A DNA stretch of 53,944 nucleotides from a virus (Duplodnaviria; Caudoviricetes): IMG/VR virus record IMGVR_UViG_3300032144_000013, positions 1 through 53,944 of that record. One strand, given 5' to 3'. The position numbers and the translations under genes were made by a program. Every line of letters starts with the position of its first letter. Positions within the stretch are counted from its first letter, which is position 1. The notes under the pieces were generated by a model. It made no database searches, had not been told where the DNA came from, and was given only the letters and a program-made list of their open reading frames with translations. Shown one piece after another: positions 9,022-20,960 of this stretch.

Positions 9022-9771
9022 TCAAGCAGCAGTCGGAACGAGTACCGCATACGCCTCGCTGGGATCCGCCTTGCTGCCGGTGATGAATCCCCGGCCAGCC
9101 GTCCCCCAGGTCGTGTTCCACGAATTGTCGATCCAGTATCCGAGCTGGTTGTTCACCACGTCCGGCTCGACGGCGCACACCAGGTGCCCCCACCAGTCGA
9201 AGGCGACCGAGCAGGGAATGTCCCGGACCAGCAGGGTCATCACCGAGTAGAAGTCGTCGGGGATGTCCGCGAAGTCAGTGACGTTGAACGCCTTCCGGGC
9301 CTCGCGCGACTGCTCGTTGTCGTACCGCTTGTCAATCGCATGCTCGGGCCAGAGAGATTCCGGAGCGACGCCCCACTTCTTGATCCCGGCCAGGCACTCC
9401 CCGCCCCAGCCGCCGACGTTCTTGTAGTTCTTGATGAGGCAGGCCACGCTCGCCGGCGACAGCGATACGTGCTCCTCGCCCATCTGCAACCGGGTCAGTT
9501 CGAGCATCCGAATCGCTCCGAACGCCCAGCAGTAATTGGTCCCGTTCTGGTTCTTGATCCCGACGCCGTTCGCCTTGCTCCGCGCGATCAGTCCGATCCG
9601 GTTCGCCTTCCGGAAAGCGATCTGCTCTTTGAGTTCCGTCGCCGTCAGCGGGGTTCCCGTCCACGCGGCCGCGTACGGCAGCTTCCCGAACTCGACCGGG
9701 CGCGGCTCCAGTCCCTTTGAGAAACCGTCCGGCGCGGGAGGCGGATTGTTCGGGTCGATTACAAAGCTCAC
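9022..9771 (-). CDS. Papain-like (C1) cysteine peptidase
   Basis: Oxyanion Gln and catalytic Cys in NQNGTNYCWAFG, His in WWGHLVCAV, Asn in IDNSWNTTWG; GTG start at 9771 overlaps the upstream stop. Confidence 0.88.
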   Translation of the reverse strand: MSFVIDPNNPPPAPDGFSKGLEPRPVEFGKLPYAAAWTGTPLTATELKEQIAFRKANRIGLIARSKANGVGIKNQNGTNYCWAFGAIRMLELTRLQMGEEHVSLSPASVACLIKNYKNVGGWGGECLAGIKKWGVAPESLWPEHAIDKRYDNEQSREARKAFNVTDFADIPDDFYSVMTLLVRDIPCSVAFDWWGHLVCAVEPDVVNNQLGYWIDNSWNTTWGTAGRGFITGSKADPSEAYAVLVPTAA

Positions 9772-10214
9772 TTGAACCTCCCCATCAGGGCGATCGTCGC
9801 TTCGACGCCATCCGGCAGCGGCCCGGTGAATCCCTTTGTTCCGTGAGCGATGTGAATCCACGGCAGCGAATCGAACTTCAGCTTGAACGCTGCCGCTTCC
9901 GTCGCCGTCATCCCCGCCGTCGGCGTGTCCTTGTCGAACACCCGCAGGTGAGCATTGTTCGCCTTCGCCCAATCACGCACGTCCTGCGAGGTCAGCGCCG
10001 CGAAGTGACCGCGCGACAGTTCCCCACGCATCCGGGTCTCGGTCTCTTCGATGATGACCACCGTCAGTCCTTCAGACGGAAACGGCGCACCATCGACGAC
10101 AACCGGGTCCGGCTTGGGATCCGGCTTCGGGTCGGGAGTCGGCGGTTTCCCCCCGGCCAGTGCCAGGAACAGCACCAGCGCCACAACGATCAGCGACTTG
10201 GCGTCAATTTGCAT
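9768..10214 (-). CDS. Membrane-anchored protein with Pro-rich linker
   Basis: N-terminal TM followed by KPPTPDPKPDPKPDP and a globular domain. Confidence 0.7.
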   Translation of the reverse strand: MQIDAKSLIVVALVLFLALAGGKPPTPDPKPDPKPDPVVVDGAPFPSEGLTVVIIEETETRMRGELSRGHFAALTSQDVRDWAKANNAHLRVFDKDTPTAGMTATEAAAFKLKFDSLPWIHIAHGTKGFTGPLPDGVEATIALMGRFK

Positions 10215-10581
10215 CGACCTTCGCCTTCTCCCGCCGCGCTTCCGCACACGCCGCTGACATGCCCTTGTTCATGTCGGCGCTCAACTGCCCCAGCGCCGGG
10301 GACTCCACGCCGGCGATCGCCATTGCCGTTTCCAGTTCGGCCTTAGCCGACGCCGCTCGCTCCGCAGCCCGCTCCACCGCCGTCTTCGGTTGGTACTGGT
10401 ACAGGCCGTAGCCCACGAACCCGGCCGACACCGCCGCCAGGCCAGCCGCCTGCGGATTGTTCACCAACGAGTCGATGATCTTCCGGATGATGTCGTTCAG
10501 AGGTTCCGGCAGCTTCAGCATCGCCAGAACGGCCGTCACCACGGCTCCGATGATCTGCACCCAAATCCCCGTAATCTTCAT
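10204..10581 (-). CDS. Two-TM membrane protein (lysis-cassette candidate)
   Basis: IWVQIIGAVVTAVLAML and AAGLAAVSAGFVGYGLY. Confidence 0.65.
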   Translation of the reverse strand: MKITGIWVQIIGAVVTAVLAMLKLPEPLNDIIRKIIDSLVNNPQAAGLAAVSAGFVGYGLYQYQPKTAVERAAERAASAKAELETAMAIAGVESPALGQLSADMNKGMSAACAEARREKAKVDAN

Positions 10582-10772
10582 GGCTTGTCCTTCCACGCCT
10601 TCACGGCGTCCACCACTGACTGCCCGCCGAGGTACACCATCACCAGCTCGATAATCGGCTGGATCTGTTCGAGAGTCTGTCCGGTCTGGCGCAGGTATTC
10701 GCTCATCGCCACCCCGGAGATCAACGCCGCCAGTTTCTTGCTGATCCGAACGCCGCCTACGTTCATGGTCAC
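10578..10772 (-). CDS. Putative holin
   Basis: 64 aa; ISKKLAALISG...VMVYLGGQSVVDAVK resembles SRK...YI.G....D small holins. Confidence 0.55.
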   Translation of the reverse strand: MTMNVGGVRISKKLAALISGVAMSEYLRQTGQTLEQIQPIIELVMVYLGGQSVVDAVKAWKDKP

Positions 10773-10776
10773 TCCC

Positions 10777-10986
10777 TCACATCGGGCAGGCGTTGTTCAC
10801 GGCGTGATCGCGCGCTGCCTTCGCCGCCGTCACCACGCCTCCCTGCGTGGTGAGCTGGTTCTGAAGGTCCGTGAATTCCGCTTCTTCGTTAATCACGTTG
10901 GCGTTGTGCCACGCGATGTTTTGCTGCGTAAAACAGGACTGCGGAGGACTCCCGCACGTCCCGTCTGGTCCCGGTCCTGCTGGCAT
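10777..10986 (-). CDS. Hypothetical protein
   Basis: TAATG-coupled ORF. Confidence 0.5.
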   Translation of the reverse strand: MPAGPGPDGTCGSPPQSCFTQQNIAWHNANVINEEAEFTDLQNQLTTQGGVVTAAKAARDHAVNNACPM

Positions 10987-11336
10987 TACGGTTCTCCCCT
11001 CTGGTTCAGCATGAGAATGTCTCGCACCCGCTGGTCTTGCAGTTCGTCAGCAGACGGTGGCAACTGCACGAGTACGTACTGCGCCTGAGTCACATCGTTC
11101 GTCGGCTGCACGGCCGCACTTCTGACGGACTCGATCGCCGTCTCCATCCGGTCCTGCCAGCGGTTCTGCGCCATGACGTACTGCGCGAACTCGTCGCGCG
11201 ACACACGGCTTTCGATCTTGCTCTCCAGGTCGCTCACCGATTCCCGGTTGATGGCGATGAGACCGAGCGCGACGGTAATCATCGCGAGCGTGAAGCCTTT
11301 CCAGGTCACGACGTGATCTCCAATCTGGACCTTCAC
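10986..11336 (-). CDS. Membrane protein with coiled coil
   Basis: TM FTLAMITVALGLIAI followed by a helical region. Confidence 0.6.
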   Translation of the reverse strand: MKVQIGDHVVTWKGFTLAMITVALGLIAINRESVSDLESKIESRVSRDEFAQYVMAQNRWQDRMETAIESVRSAAVQPTNDVTQAQYVLVQLPPSADELQDQRVRDILMLNQRGEP

Positions 11337-11541
11337 CCGACTACCCGGCGCGGCCGCACAACCCGCACAGTCGCTAGGGTGGCCCCAAACTCACGTCGCA
11401 CGCCTGCGCGTGCCGATGTTCCGTTAGCCATCGCAGCCCGCCTTTCGGGTTGTGGTGGTAGGGGCGTCGATCAGTTCGCGCTGGTCGGCGTCCCGCTCTT
11501 AGTCTTGCCCGTCGCGCCTTTCGGCACTCAGTGTTTCTGAC

Positions 11542-11859
11542 TCAGACCTCAAGCCGTTCGATGATCTCCCTCAGCATCATGGAAATTGCACCGACGCGGT
11601 CCGACACGCCGTCCAGGTGCGTCGCCAACTCACACGGCTGAGAGCACTTCGCGTCCCGCTCCTTCACTGCTCCCGCTCCGGGATGATTCGAAAGGACCGG
11701 TGACAGCCGTTCGTACAGTTCCTTCACAGTCGAATCGAGCTGGTCCACCTCGCAGGCGATCCGGCTTGCCGTCGCCGGAATCGATCCCGTCCGTCGCGGC
11801 TGCTCGTCTCGAATGTTGCTGGATGTCCTCGCTTCGTACTGTTGCGCTGCCGTCAGCAT
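11542..11859 (-). CDS. Hypothetical coiled-coil protein
   Basis: 105 aa with a good RBS (AGGGGG). Confidence 0.6.
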   Translation of the reverse strand: MLTAAQQYEARTSSNIRDEQPRRTGSIPATASRIACEVDQLDSTVKELYERLSPVLSNHPGAGAVKERDAKCSQPCELATHLDGVSDRVGAISMMLREIIERLEV

Positions 11860-11889
11860 GCTTGCCCCCTGTTTGTTGGTTGACTTTGG

Positions 11890-12135
11890 TTAGTTACCCG
11901 CGCCTCTGCCCTCGATCCGCGAAATCCGCTCGCTCAGAAGATTGAACCGCGTGTCGATCGCCTTCAGTTCGGCCTTTGTCTCCAGCGCCGACTGCATCTG
12001 CACGTTCAGAACCGTCACCTGATCCCGCAGACCGCGCATCTCGACGACCACCCATCCCGCCAGAACAACGACGATCGGCTGCACCACGTTGAACACGCGG
12101 AACGTCCAGCCGGGGATGTTGACGTTGTCGGCCAT
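11890..12135 (-). CDS. Small TM plus coiled-coil protein, first gene of the late lysis-like operon
   Basis: VVQPIVVVLAGWVVV then heptads ending RISRIEGRG. Confidence 0.65.
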   Translation of the reverse strand: MADNVNIPGWTFRVFNVVQPIVVVLAGWVVVEMRGLRDQVTVLNVQMQSALETKAELKAIDTRFNLLSERISRIEGRGAGN

Positions 12136-12139
12136 GTCC

Positions 12140-12183
12140 AAACAAAAACGGCTGGAACCGCTCGCGTTGAGCAGTACCAGCCG
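12140..12183 (-). terminator. Intrinsic-terminator-like hairpin just before the late operon start
   Basis: CGGCTGGTACTGCTC-aacgc-GAGCGGTTCCAGCCG followed by TTTTTGTTT. Confidence 0.55.
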
Positions 12184-12412
12184 GGGGCTGTCGATCAGTC
12201 CGGTCGGGGACCGGGTTATGTTTTCGGCTTCGGCTTACGTCCGCGAACGATTACTGCAACGCAGCCGCTCGCGAGATGCTTGACCTCGACTTTGGATTCA
12301 GGGGGGAAGGTGGCGCTGTAGAGCACCTGATCCTTCGATTCTGATGCTGCGACCATGCTTTGCCGCTCGCTCCATGCTAAGTGTTCGGGGCGCTGGGTTC
12401 AAGGTGTGTTAG

Positions 12413-15400
12413 TCAGTCGAACGCCAGCAGTTCCATTCCGCACACCGGGCAATGCGATATCTCGGCGGGGTCGATGCCGTCGCTTCCGAGTTCACGACAC
12501 CGAGGCTCCAGTGACAACTCGAATTCCTTGAGGCACCCCATGCACGAGAAGTACACCGTGGCGCCCGGTTCGCACGCCTTGGTTTCTCCTGTGAATCGCT
12601 GCTTTGACATTTCAGTTCTCCTGTTTCGTTCCCCCTCGTCCCCAGGTCCTCCCCGTCAGTCCGACGAGCGCGCTGCGTCCACGGCGGTTCGCAACGCAGT
12701 CTCAAGAGGCTTCAGCCACCCGTGCCCGTCTAACTGACATTGCCTCAGGTGGTCAGCGACACACACCGCGTCCGCCCGCAGCTTCTCGACCTGCTGCTGC
12801 AACTCGGACAGTTGAGTACGCAGCGCGGCGTTGTCGGACTCTGACTCCTTGAGAACGTCATCCGAATATGGTCGATATCCCTTGTTCCTGTATCCACGCA
12901 GCCGCTCCAGCAGCCGCCGCGCCTCGCGCAGTTCGTCGGCTTGCCGGTCGATGAATCTGGCTGCCGTGTAGCAGTCGTCGGCACCGAACCGATTCCCCTT
13001 GCCGCGAAGTTGCCCCGACAGGCATCGCATCGAGCTTGCGACTTGCTCGCTGGTCTTTGCGTCTCTCGCCTGCTGTTGCTCGCTCATTCGGCCTCCTGAA
13101 GTGGGCTACATCCCGGTTACCGCGTTTTCGTGATTCCCAGCAGGGCCAGACTTTCCGCGCCGTCCCCGTGCAGTTGACGTATGGTGTCCACGCATTCATC
13201 GAACGACCTGGTGAACTGAAAGTACGGTTTCCCGCCCTTCTCCAGTTGGTCGATCCGCGCCCGAATGTCCTTGCGAAGTTCCTCCGCCATCTGCAGCACC
13301 CAGTCGTCTCCGATCTCCCGCTCCGTGGCGTCTACCATGATGAAATCGTCCACGTTGGACGACCACACGGCATAGAGCCCGTTCGGTTGCCTCACAATCT
13401 GCCGTCCCATTTATCGCGCCCTTCGATTCCGCTAAGACTTGGTTACACGACGTTTTGCTGCTCAGGAGTCCGGCAACTGCCGCTGCACAAACTGATTGAC
13501 TCCCGCATCTCCCGGTTCTCTGACGCCAACTGATCCATTTGACCGATCATCAGCAGATTGACGGTCTCGGACGGCGATCGTTCTTCGATGAGGCGTTTCA
13601 ATGCGCCAACGTACGTACGCAGCAACAATGGCCCGTTCGCCATCCAGGAGTCTCCGCATCCCAAACAGCAGCCATCGCAGTGAGCGTAGAAGCTGCAATC
13701 CTTGCCGCAGAAAAGGCAGCGATTCGGTTTCTCGTCGCTCATCTCACTACTCCGGTTACATCGGCCTAAGCACAACGCAGCGCGCGTCATGTCAACACGA
13801 TCTTTCCTGAATCGACCAGCTCGTGTGCCGTCCGGATCAAGTGCATGACCGGCCACAACTCCCCGGTCGGAGACATGTTGAAGATGGCGTCTCCGGTGTA
13901 CGGGTATTGAATATGTGGAATCGGCAACGCACCGAACCTCTCGTGTGCCAGATTCAGAACTCGTGCCGTGAACTCCAGGGCGTCTTTGTCCATCTGCACT
14001 ACTCCCGTTTAGTTTCGCGGTTTCGTTTTGTTACGCGCCGACGATCTCTGACGCGCCGGACAGCCAGCGTTCCATCTCGGAGACCGTCCCGTTCGCTCGC
14101 ATCTGAACGCCGCCGATGCCCCATTCGTATTCGTATAGCCACTCGCCAAGAGCGGTGATGCGACGAACAATCCCGTCCTTCTGGAATGTCCGGCCGACAA
14201 GTGCCCTGGCCTCATCCATCGTCGCGATCTGCACTTGAAACCTCCCTATTGCTGATGTCGCCTGCTGCTCGGACGTTATTGTGCGTCCGATGCGTTCTCG
14301 GGATGCGAGTACCGCGCCATCACCCGCTCGTAGTCCCTCCAAAAGCTGTGATGCGGACTGAGGCTCACCCACGCGCGAGCGCGTCGCAGCAGCATCACCA
14401 ACTCGTTGATCTCTGTCTTTTTGTTCGGAGGCTTAGGCGTTGTGTTACCCTTCCTCGGAATGACATTTCGGACATCGACACTGATTGTCGATCCAGTCGA
14501 GCGCCGGCGAGACCTCGCCGCAGTCTTTGCAGCGGCTGTCCACGCCGATCTGCTGATTTCGGCTCGCGACCTCCATTTCGGTAGCCGCACCCTCCAGTCT
14601 CGCAACAGCCGCCTCGACCTTCCCCTCGCCCCACAGTCGAACCACTTCCTTGACTGCGATGCAGTGCTTGAGGATCAGAAGCCGCAACTCGAATAGCCTC
14701 GTCGCATCGTCCATTTTCGCACTACTCCTGATGTCGTCGTGTGCCCCAGCGTTACCGTGATTTCGCGATCGCCGCTGCCCCGCAGGTGCAACGTCCCGTC
14801 GGCGCTCGTTTCCCGTGGTAGTGATTCGCAGGGCAGGCAGGCGCGTGGTGGAGCGCGTCCGTGTCCCTGGCGTACTCCGCCCGAATGAAGTCGAGCGCCT
14901 CCGCGTCCGTTTTCGCCTCGCCCCGATAGGCGTGGACTCGATCGCCGACTTTGATCGTCATCAGCCAGAACGTCCATTTGTGGCCGTCGTGCCGATAGTC
15001 ATTGTGCACGGCGACAGCAAATCCCTTCTCCCGCAGGTCGTCGGCGCTGCCACGGATCGCCATCGACGCCCGCTCTATGAATGCCGCGCGACGATCATTC
15101 TCCTCGCGTTCGTTTGCCATGTTTCCTCGAATCAGGTCTCGTGTGAAACAGTCCATCGCCTCTGCCTACCCAGCGTTTACCAAAGGAAATGTCCGCCAAT
15201 CGCGCGTTGAAAGCAGCCGCGCCCCTGCTATCGCATTGGGTACACCGGGCATTGTTGCCGCCCGTGGCTACCGCCGCAGGCCGAACACGAATACCGCGAC
15301 ACTCGACATCACCCCCTTTCGGTCGCGCTAGAAAGTTCCATTCGTCGATCAATCTCTTCGTCCAGAGATTCCTGTCCGAGCCACCCGCTCCACGTCGGCT

Positions 15401-18400
15401 CAATTCCCTCTCGGACCAGGACCCCTACGTAGCGATCGCGGAGCCAGCGATACCGTGCGGCGTCCCTCTGGTTGGCAGCCTTGCGACGGCCCTCATCGGC
15501 CAACGAATCAGCCGCCGCGCGGACGCATCGATCTTCGACGTCGCTCATCGCTCCCCCTATGGTTGTACCGGACCTCGAATGAACGATTGGAAATATCAGC
15601 GGTCACTCTGCGCTTTCGGTGCCCACCAGTGACCGGTGGTAGGCTCGCATCTCTGCCGGAGTCGCATCCTTTTCGTTTGCCCAGGCGAGCATCTGCCTGG
15701 CCATTTCGTCGGTCCAGTCGATCGCCGCCGCGTAGTGTGCCCACCGCAGCATGTGCAGGTTCCGTTGCACGACGCGATAGCCCCGCTCGAATCGCTTCCA
15801 CACGCGCCCGCGTATCTCGACGTCCTTGGTCATCAGGCCAGCCTCTTCGGAGAACTTCTGCGCGAGTCGGATATCGGGAACGCCGGTCTGCCCACGGCAC
15901 CACTCGTGGAAGTAGCAACCGATCCTCCAATTCAGTTCATCCATCTCACGACGGGTCAGCTCGACGATCTGGTCCACGGAAACCTCACTATTCAAGACAC
16001 TTTTATGGGTCGGGCCGCTGACTGCGGTTTACCGTGCGTCTGCTTCCCGAAGCGTTTCAAACACAGCGTCCCGCAGATCGGGGATCGCCTCCTCTGCCAA
16101 AACGTCCGCTTCGATATCGTCGATCGCATCTCCGTCCGGCTCGAATCCGAGAATCGCCTCTTTCACCTTCCGGCGAACGATCTGGTAATCAACGACGTCG
16201 ATGAACCCGATGTTGTCCCGCCACAAATCGAACGGCGGGATTTCGTCCACACGCCACTGGTGAAATTCATCTGCGGGAACCTTGAACACCCGCACTCCCG
16301 CAGGTCCGACGCAGTAATTGCACGATGCGTAGACACCGAACAGCCACGCCGATCCCTCGTGGTCGATGATCTTCCATCGCCAATCGACACTAATGCAGCC
16401 GCATTCGCACATCTGCCGCTACCTCCTGAAAACCGGGTTTCTAAACGGAAATCGTTCACTTCCAGTTGTCGGCCGCCTCAAGTGCCTCCTGAATCTGCGC
16501 GTCTTCGAGCATGTTCTTTCCGAGCCTCAGCCGCTCGTTGACCCACGCCCTAATCGCAGCAGGTGCCGCCGCGTCCCGCCCCAGGAGAACGAACGTCTGC
16601 TCGTCGTCCCGTGCCCGGTTGAGGCAGCTATTCGGGTCCGAAATCTCGTCACGCTTCAACATGACTAATAACTCCCCTCTCGATTTACCCGCGTTTCGAT
16701 CGCCGACTCAGCGACGCGAAACCTATTTGAAGTTCCCGAACAGTTCGAACAGACGCCTCTTGATGAAGTCTTCGACGTTGTCCGCCAGAAGTTCGATCGT
16801 GTCGATCCGATTCCCCTTGATGGTCTCCAGAATCTTGTCCTCGTCGTCTTCGTCACGAATGACCCGATCGGGAGGCCATTCGTCAGTCGGGAAGGCTGTC
16901 ACTCGGCTGCTTGAGAAACTGATGAGACGAACTCCTGGAGGACGCCGCCTCCCGTCCCGCTCGCCTTCCTCCTGCGTTTCTTCAACGATCCAAAGGCCGC
17001 CGCTCCAGCGCACAACATTTCCGCTGCCGAACCTCAAGTGCATCTTCGCGGACACGTCTCATCTCCTGTTTCAGAACGACTGCCATTTAGAACCGTGCTA
17101 AGCGCGGCTTACACGACGTTTTCGGCGGCTGCGTACTTCGCCATGTCCCTTTCGAGTTCTGCCTGAAACTCCGCATTCTTCCGCCGCCGATACTCAACCA
17201 ACTCGGGATCGTCGCCGCGCGTCGTGACCTTGCCGCCTTCGACGATGCAGTCCCCCTCCTCGAATTCCCCGTGGAACATCCATGAGTTGTTGTTGCGAAT
17301 GATGATCGGGTGCCGATTGCATCGCATGTTGCTGCGGGCAATCTCCATCTTCGGATCGCCCTCCAGGTCGTCGTAGCGCAGCAGCGTCCCCCCCAAGTAG
17401 TGCATGCCGCTCTGATCGACCGTCTTTGGGAGCACTTCCAGAGTCCCGCCAGCGCCGTCGGGGACTGGCTCCGCGACGATCCGCGTCTTGAATCGAAACC
17501 CGTAGGGCTTGGCGTTGTAGCGCTCTAGGATGGTGTCTGCCATCGCCTCGGCCGCCGCTACGTCCCAACTGTCGATCGGCTTGCACCTACTCTCAGAAAC
17601 GAACGATCCGGGGCTGAAGAATTCGACGTAATGCTTTCTCTCTGGCATTTTCACTACTCCGGTTATTGTTGATGGTGATTCGGTGCTACCAGTCGATCTC
17701 GATTCCAAGCCTCGTCGCGATGCTCTGCGTGCAGTTCATCGCGTGATAGGCAAAGTCGCGATCCTCGTCTGTGTCGGACGATTCGTGAGCGTGCCGCGCG
17801 TTCTCGTAGAACCGTTTGAGCACGGCCTTGATCGCTGATTCAGAAATCACTCGGTCTTCCGCCATCATTACCCTCCGTTGATCCCCAGGTTGTCCACAGC
17901 GTCCAGCAGGTTCTGATGCGGCCCCATGATCGGACGGAACCGCCATACGTGCTCGCCGTTCTTTCCCCACGTTCCGCCGTACGCCGCGAGGTCCATCACC
18001 TTCCGCCAGCGGGCTGCGTCGGCCTGCTCGGCTTTCAACCGCTTCATCAACTCTCCCCACAGATCCTCGTCGCCGTCGTATTCGTGGAACGCCTCAAGAG
18101 CGCGCCGAAGATCTGCGATGGTCTCTTCGCGCAGAACGGCGTCGATCTTCAGCTTCTGCAGTTCGGTCAGTTCCTCAGTCGCCGCCGTGCTCACGTCCGC
18201 CTCCGATCTATTCGCCCTTAAGGAATCGTTCCATCTGCGGTGCGTAGTGTTCCCCGCGCCGCAACAGGTATCTGGCCCGCATCACCTTCAACTCGTCTGG
18301 TGAAACGACTCTCCCGTCAACATCGAACTTCTTGGGAACCTCGTCGTCACGGCAGAACCCCCACGGGCGCACCTCGACGGCGTGCTGCAACGCAACCTCC

Positions 18401-18841
18401 GGATGCATTCCGTCAGTCGGGTACGGAATCACAGGGCTGTAGGCGACTGACAGATCGACCGCCTCCAGAATGTGCGGAGTGATACCCTCCGACTCCAATT
18501 GATCGTCGACGAGTTTCTTCAGCGTTTCGAGAATGCTCATTGAAACCTCACTATTGGGGTTCGCTCAGTCCGCAGTGCGCCAGAAGCAGACGGCGGAGCC
18601 ACCTACATGACAGATCATCGATGTTTAGATCTTCAGCCGCAGCAATGATCCAATTTGTCAATCGTTCGTTGATCCCGTGCTCCTCGGCGACTGACTCAAA
18701 GTCGTACCAGGGAGAATCGTCGATCGACGATATTGGGCACTGGCACTCCATGTCGCCATGAGCGCCGCGACGGATTTCATCTTTGTCGGACAGCCACCAC
18801 CCGTCCTTCGGCAGCCGCTCGAAAAACTCCCTGAGTCTCAT
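12413..18841 (-). other. Run of small early/middle hypothetical phage genes (e.g. 12413-12610, 12656-13087, 13117-13410, 13787-13999, 15603-15995, 16029-16412, 16456-16662, 16723-17055, 17109-17648, 17868-18194, 18208-18540, 18551-18841)
   Basis: Tightly packed minus-strand ORFs, many preceded by GGAG RBSs; no function recognised. Confidence 0.7.
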
Positions 18842-18907
18842 GTGAACCTCACTAATGCCGTTACTTTGATGCGTGCCTGAAATCTGCGGAAATGCGTCGC
18901 GCGATGC

Positions 18908-19426
18908 TCACCTGGTACACGACGGCTTTCTTTGCGCGACACAGATCGTGTCGTTGTGCGCTCCGCCGTGACGGACCAGGAGGATTTCCCCGGTCGGCCA
19001 TTCCTTCCCGAATCCGCTCGACTGCCAGCCGAACGACAACGCCACTCCACCCGGCCTCAGCAGCTCTGACAGCGGCAACCGCACCCGGCGGTACAGCGCC
19101 GCACTCTGTGTGTCCGACTGACCAGGTACGAGACCAACGCCCCGGTAGCAGTCCGCAATCTGCCTCGGTGAGTACGGCGGGTCGAACAGCACCGCATCAA
19201 CCTTGCCGCGCCACTCTTCCAGGAGCGATTCGCACCAGGTGACCGCATCCTGTCCGCCGTCCGCCAAGTCATTCCGCAGAGTTCCGATGGCGCTCTTGCC
19301 GCAGAACGGATCGACGATGACCTCGCAGCCGTTCAGCCACCGCTCCAGGAAGCCCCGGACCGGCGGCAGGTCGAACGTCCAACGGGACGGCATCGACCAT
19401 GCTGTGCTGAACTGCGTCGTCGCCAT
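18908..19426 (-). CDS. Adenine-specific DNA methyltransferase-like protein
   Basis: IVDPFCG and VLFDPPYS motifs; HGGAHNDTI C-terminus. Confidence 0.8.
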   Translation of the reverse strand: MATTQFSTAWSMPSRWTFDLPPVRGFLERWLNGCEVIVDPFCGKSAIGTLRNDLADGGQDAVTWCESLLEEWRGKVDAVLFDPPYSPRQIADCYRGVGLVPGQSDTQSAALYRRVRLPLSELLRPGGVALSFGWQSSGFGKEWPTGEILLVRHGGAHNDTICVAQRKPSCTR

Positions 19427-19514
19427 CTGCACCACTCCCATTATTTCGCGCGATAAATTTCAGCCCGTTCCGCAATCGATTCCGACGCAAGGTGCGGCCC
19501 GCCAGTCACGGCGT

Positions 19515-19970
19515 TTAACCAACTTCGGTCGGCACCTGCGGTTCAATCACCTTGAGCCACAGCCCGCCCATTTCCTCGACGAACTGAAAGCGGTTCCATC
19601 CGAATTGCCCCTCCGTCGCGAAATACTTGCCACCCGAATCTCTAAGGATGAAGACCGGGACCGGTGCCGAATCTTGGTCTCCGTTCCACCACCACCAGTA
19701 CGACTGATCGTCGATGCGGCTCGGTGGAACCCACTGGTCTCCGGCATGAGGAAGGCGGTCCGTCTGGTTGTCGATCAGGCGGGCAAGATCCATCATCTGG
19801 CACGGCCAGCCGTTCTTTTCGATCCACCGATACACGTCTCGGGCGGCATCGATCGATCTCGGATTCATAAAGTCGAGCGGGTTCAGTTCCATCTCTCCTC
19901 CGGCGTTGACACTCATCACCATCTCCATTGCTTTGCCGTTATCTCCCATTGGTTGTCCGCATCCAGCCAC
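19515..19970 (-). CDS. Hypothetical protein
   Basis: ORF in the operon direction. Confidence 0.5.
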   Translation of the reverse strand: MAGCGQPMGDNGKAMEMVMSVNAGGEMELNPLDFMNPRSIDAARDVYRWIEKNGWPCQMMDLARLIDNQTDRLPHAGDQWVPPSRIDDQSYWWWWNGDQDSAPVPVFILRDSGGKYFATEGQFGWNRFQFVEEMGGLWLKVIEPQVPTEVG

Positions 19971-20029
19971 GCCGCAATACTTTACGGCCGAAATCGACGA
20001 CTGGCGTTTAGTCTCGCTGTACTTGTTCG

Positions 20030-20446
20030 CTACTTCGCCAGAATCAAAACCTCACACCGCGCAGGCTCTCCATACCGCTTCACCAACTGCTCCTCAACAA
20101 TCTGCGCGTCGTCGTGCCACACCACGCCTGTCAATCCGTCCTCGACGGCGCGGGCGAGCTTTAAGACATCAGGACGCTTCGCAGGATGCTCCGGCGCTGA
20201 GTCCTTCAGTCCGCCTTTCGACTTGAAATGTCCCAGAGGACGCGGCGTGTAGAACACCAAGCTCAGGTACAACGGACACCGCAACAGGTCTCCGGTGAAC
20301 ACGGATTTCGCTGCATCCTGAACCGCCGCTCGCCACGACTTCCCCTTCGCGCCGCTGCTGTCCACCAGGATCCCGTTGCCGACGTGCCGCTTGCTGCCGG
20401 CCGTCGCCGCCTGGCCGAGCACCGTGAATGTGATTGCGTCGCTCAT
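20030..20446 (-). CDS. rusA: RusA-family Holliday junction resolvase
   Basis: GSKRH...KRPDVLKLARAVEDGLTGVVWHDDAQIV. Confidence 0.88.
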   Translation of the reverse strand: MSDAITFTVLGQAATAGSKRHVGNGILVDSSGAKGKSWRAAVQDAAKSVFTGDLLRCPLYLSLVFYTPRPLGHFKSKGGLKDSAPEHPAKRPDVLKLARAVEDGLTGVVWHDDAQIVEEQLVKRYGEPARCEVLILAK

Positions 20447-20960
20447 TCGTACTCCCCCGCGTCCAAATTCAGCATGTGCCGCACGACGTTCCAGTCCACC
20501 TCGCGCTCCGGTATCGGGTCCACGTCGCCCTTCTCTTCGCGTATCAGCCGCTTCATTCGCTCGATCTCTTCCGGGGATGGGTCTTGCGGAACTGGCCCCT
20601 TTGGCTTCGGTGCCTTCTGTTTCGGATTTCGTCCGATGCGTCGCTGTTCGCGGATGTCCATTCAGGTCGCCTTTTCCTTCGACCGCCAGAACTTATCGTT
20701 GGCCTTCCACGTTTCGTGCATCGCACGCGCCTCTTCAGAGACACGCCTTCCTGATTCAACGTCCGTTGTGATTAACACGGCGTTAGAACACGCGGGAACA
20801 ATCAGCAGCCGGTCTCCACCAATCACGTCTCCCCAACACCTGACTTCTACGGTGTGTTCGTCGTGCCTCGTGACCTCGATGTTCCAGCCATCTCCAACGA
20901 GACGCGCACACCGAATCGGCTCGGAATTCTCGGTTAGAATGTCAAACGAAACGAATTCGC

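Noticed and set aside
11490-11540. Hammerhead ribozyme (CTGAGT...GAAA)
   Set aside because: Lacks the CUGANGA core and the three-stem arrangement; GAAA is only a tetraloop
18908-19426. Restriction-modification system
   Set aside because: Orphan methyltransferase-like gene with no adjacent restriction enzyme; common in phages
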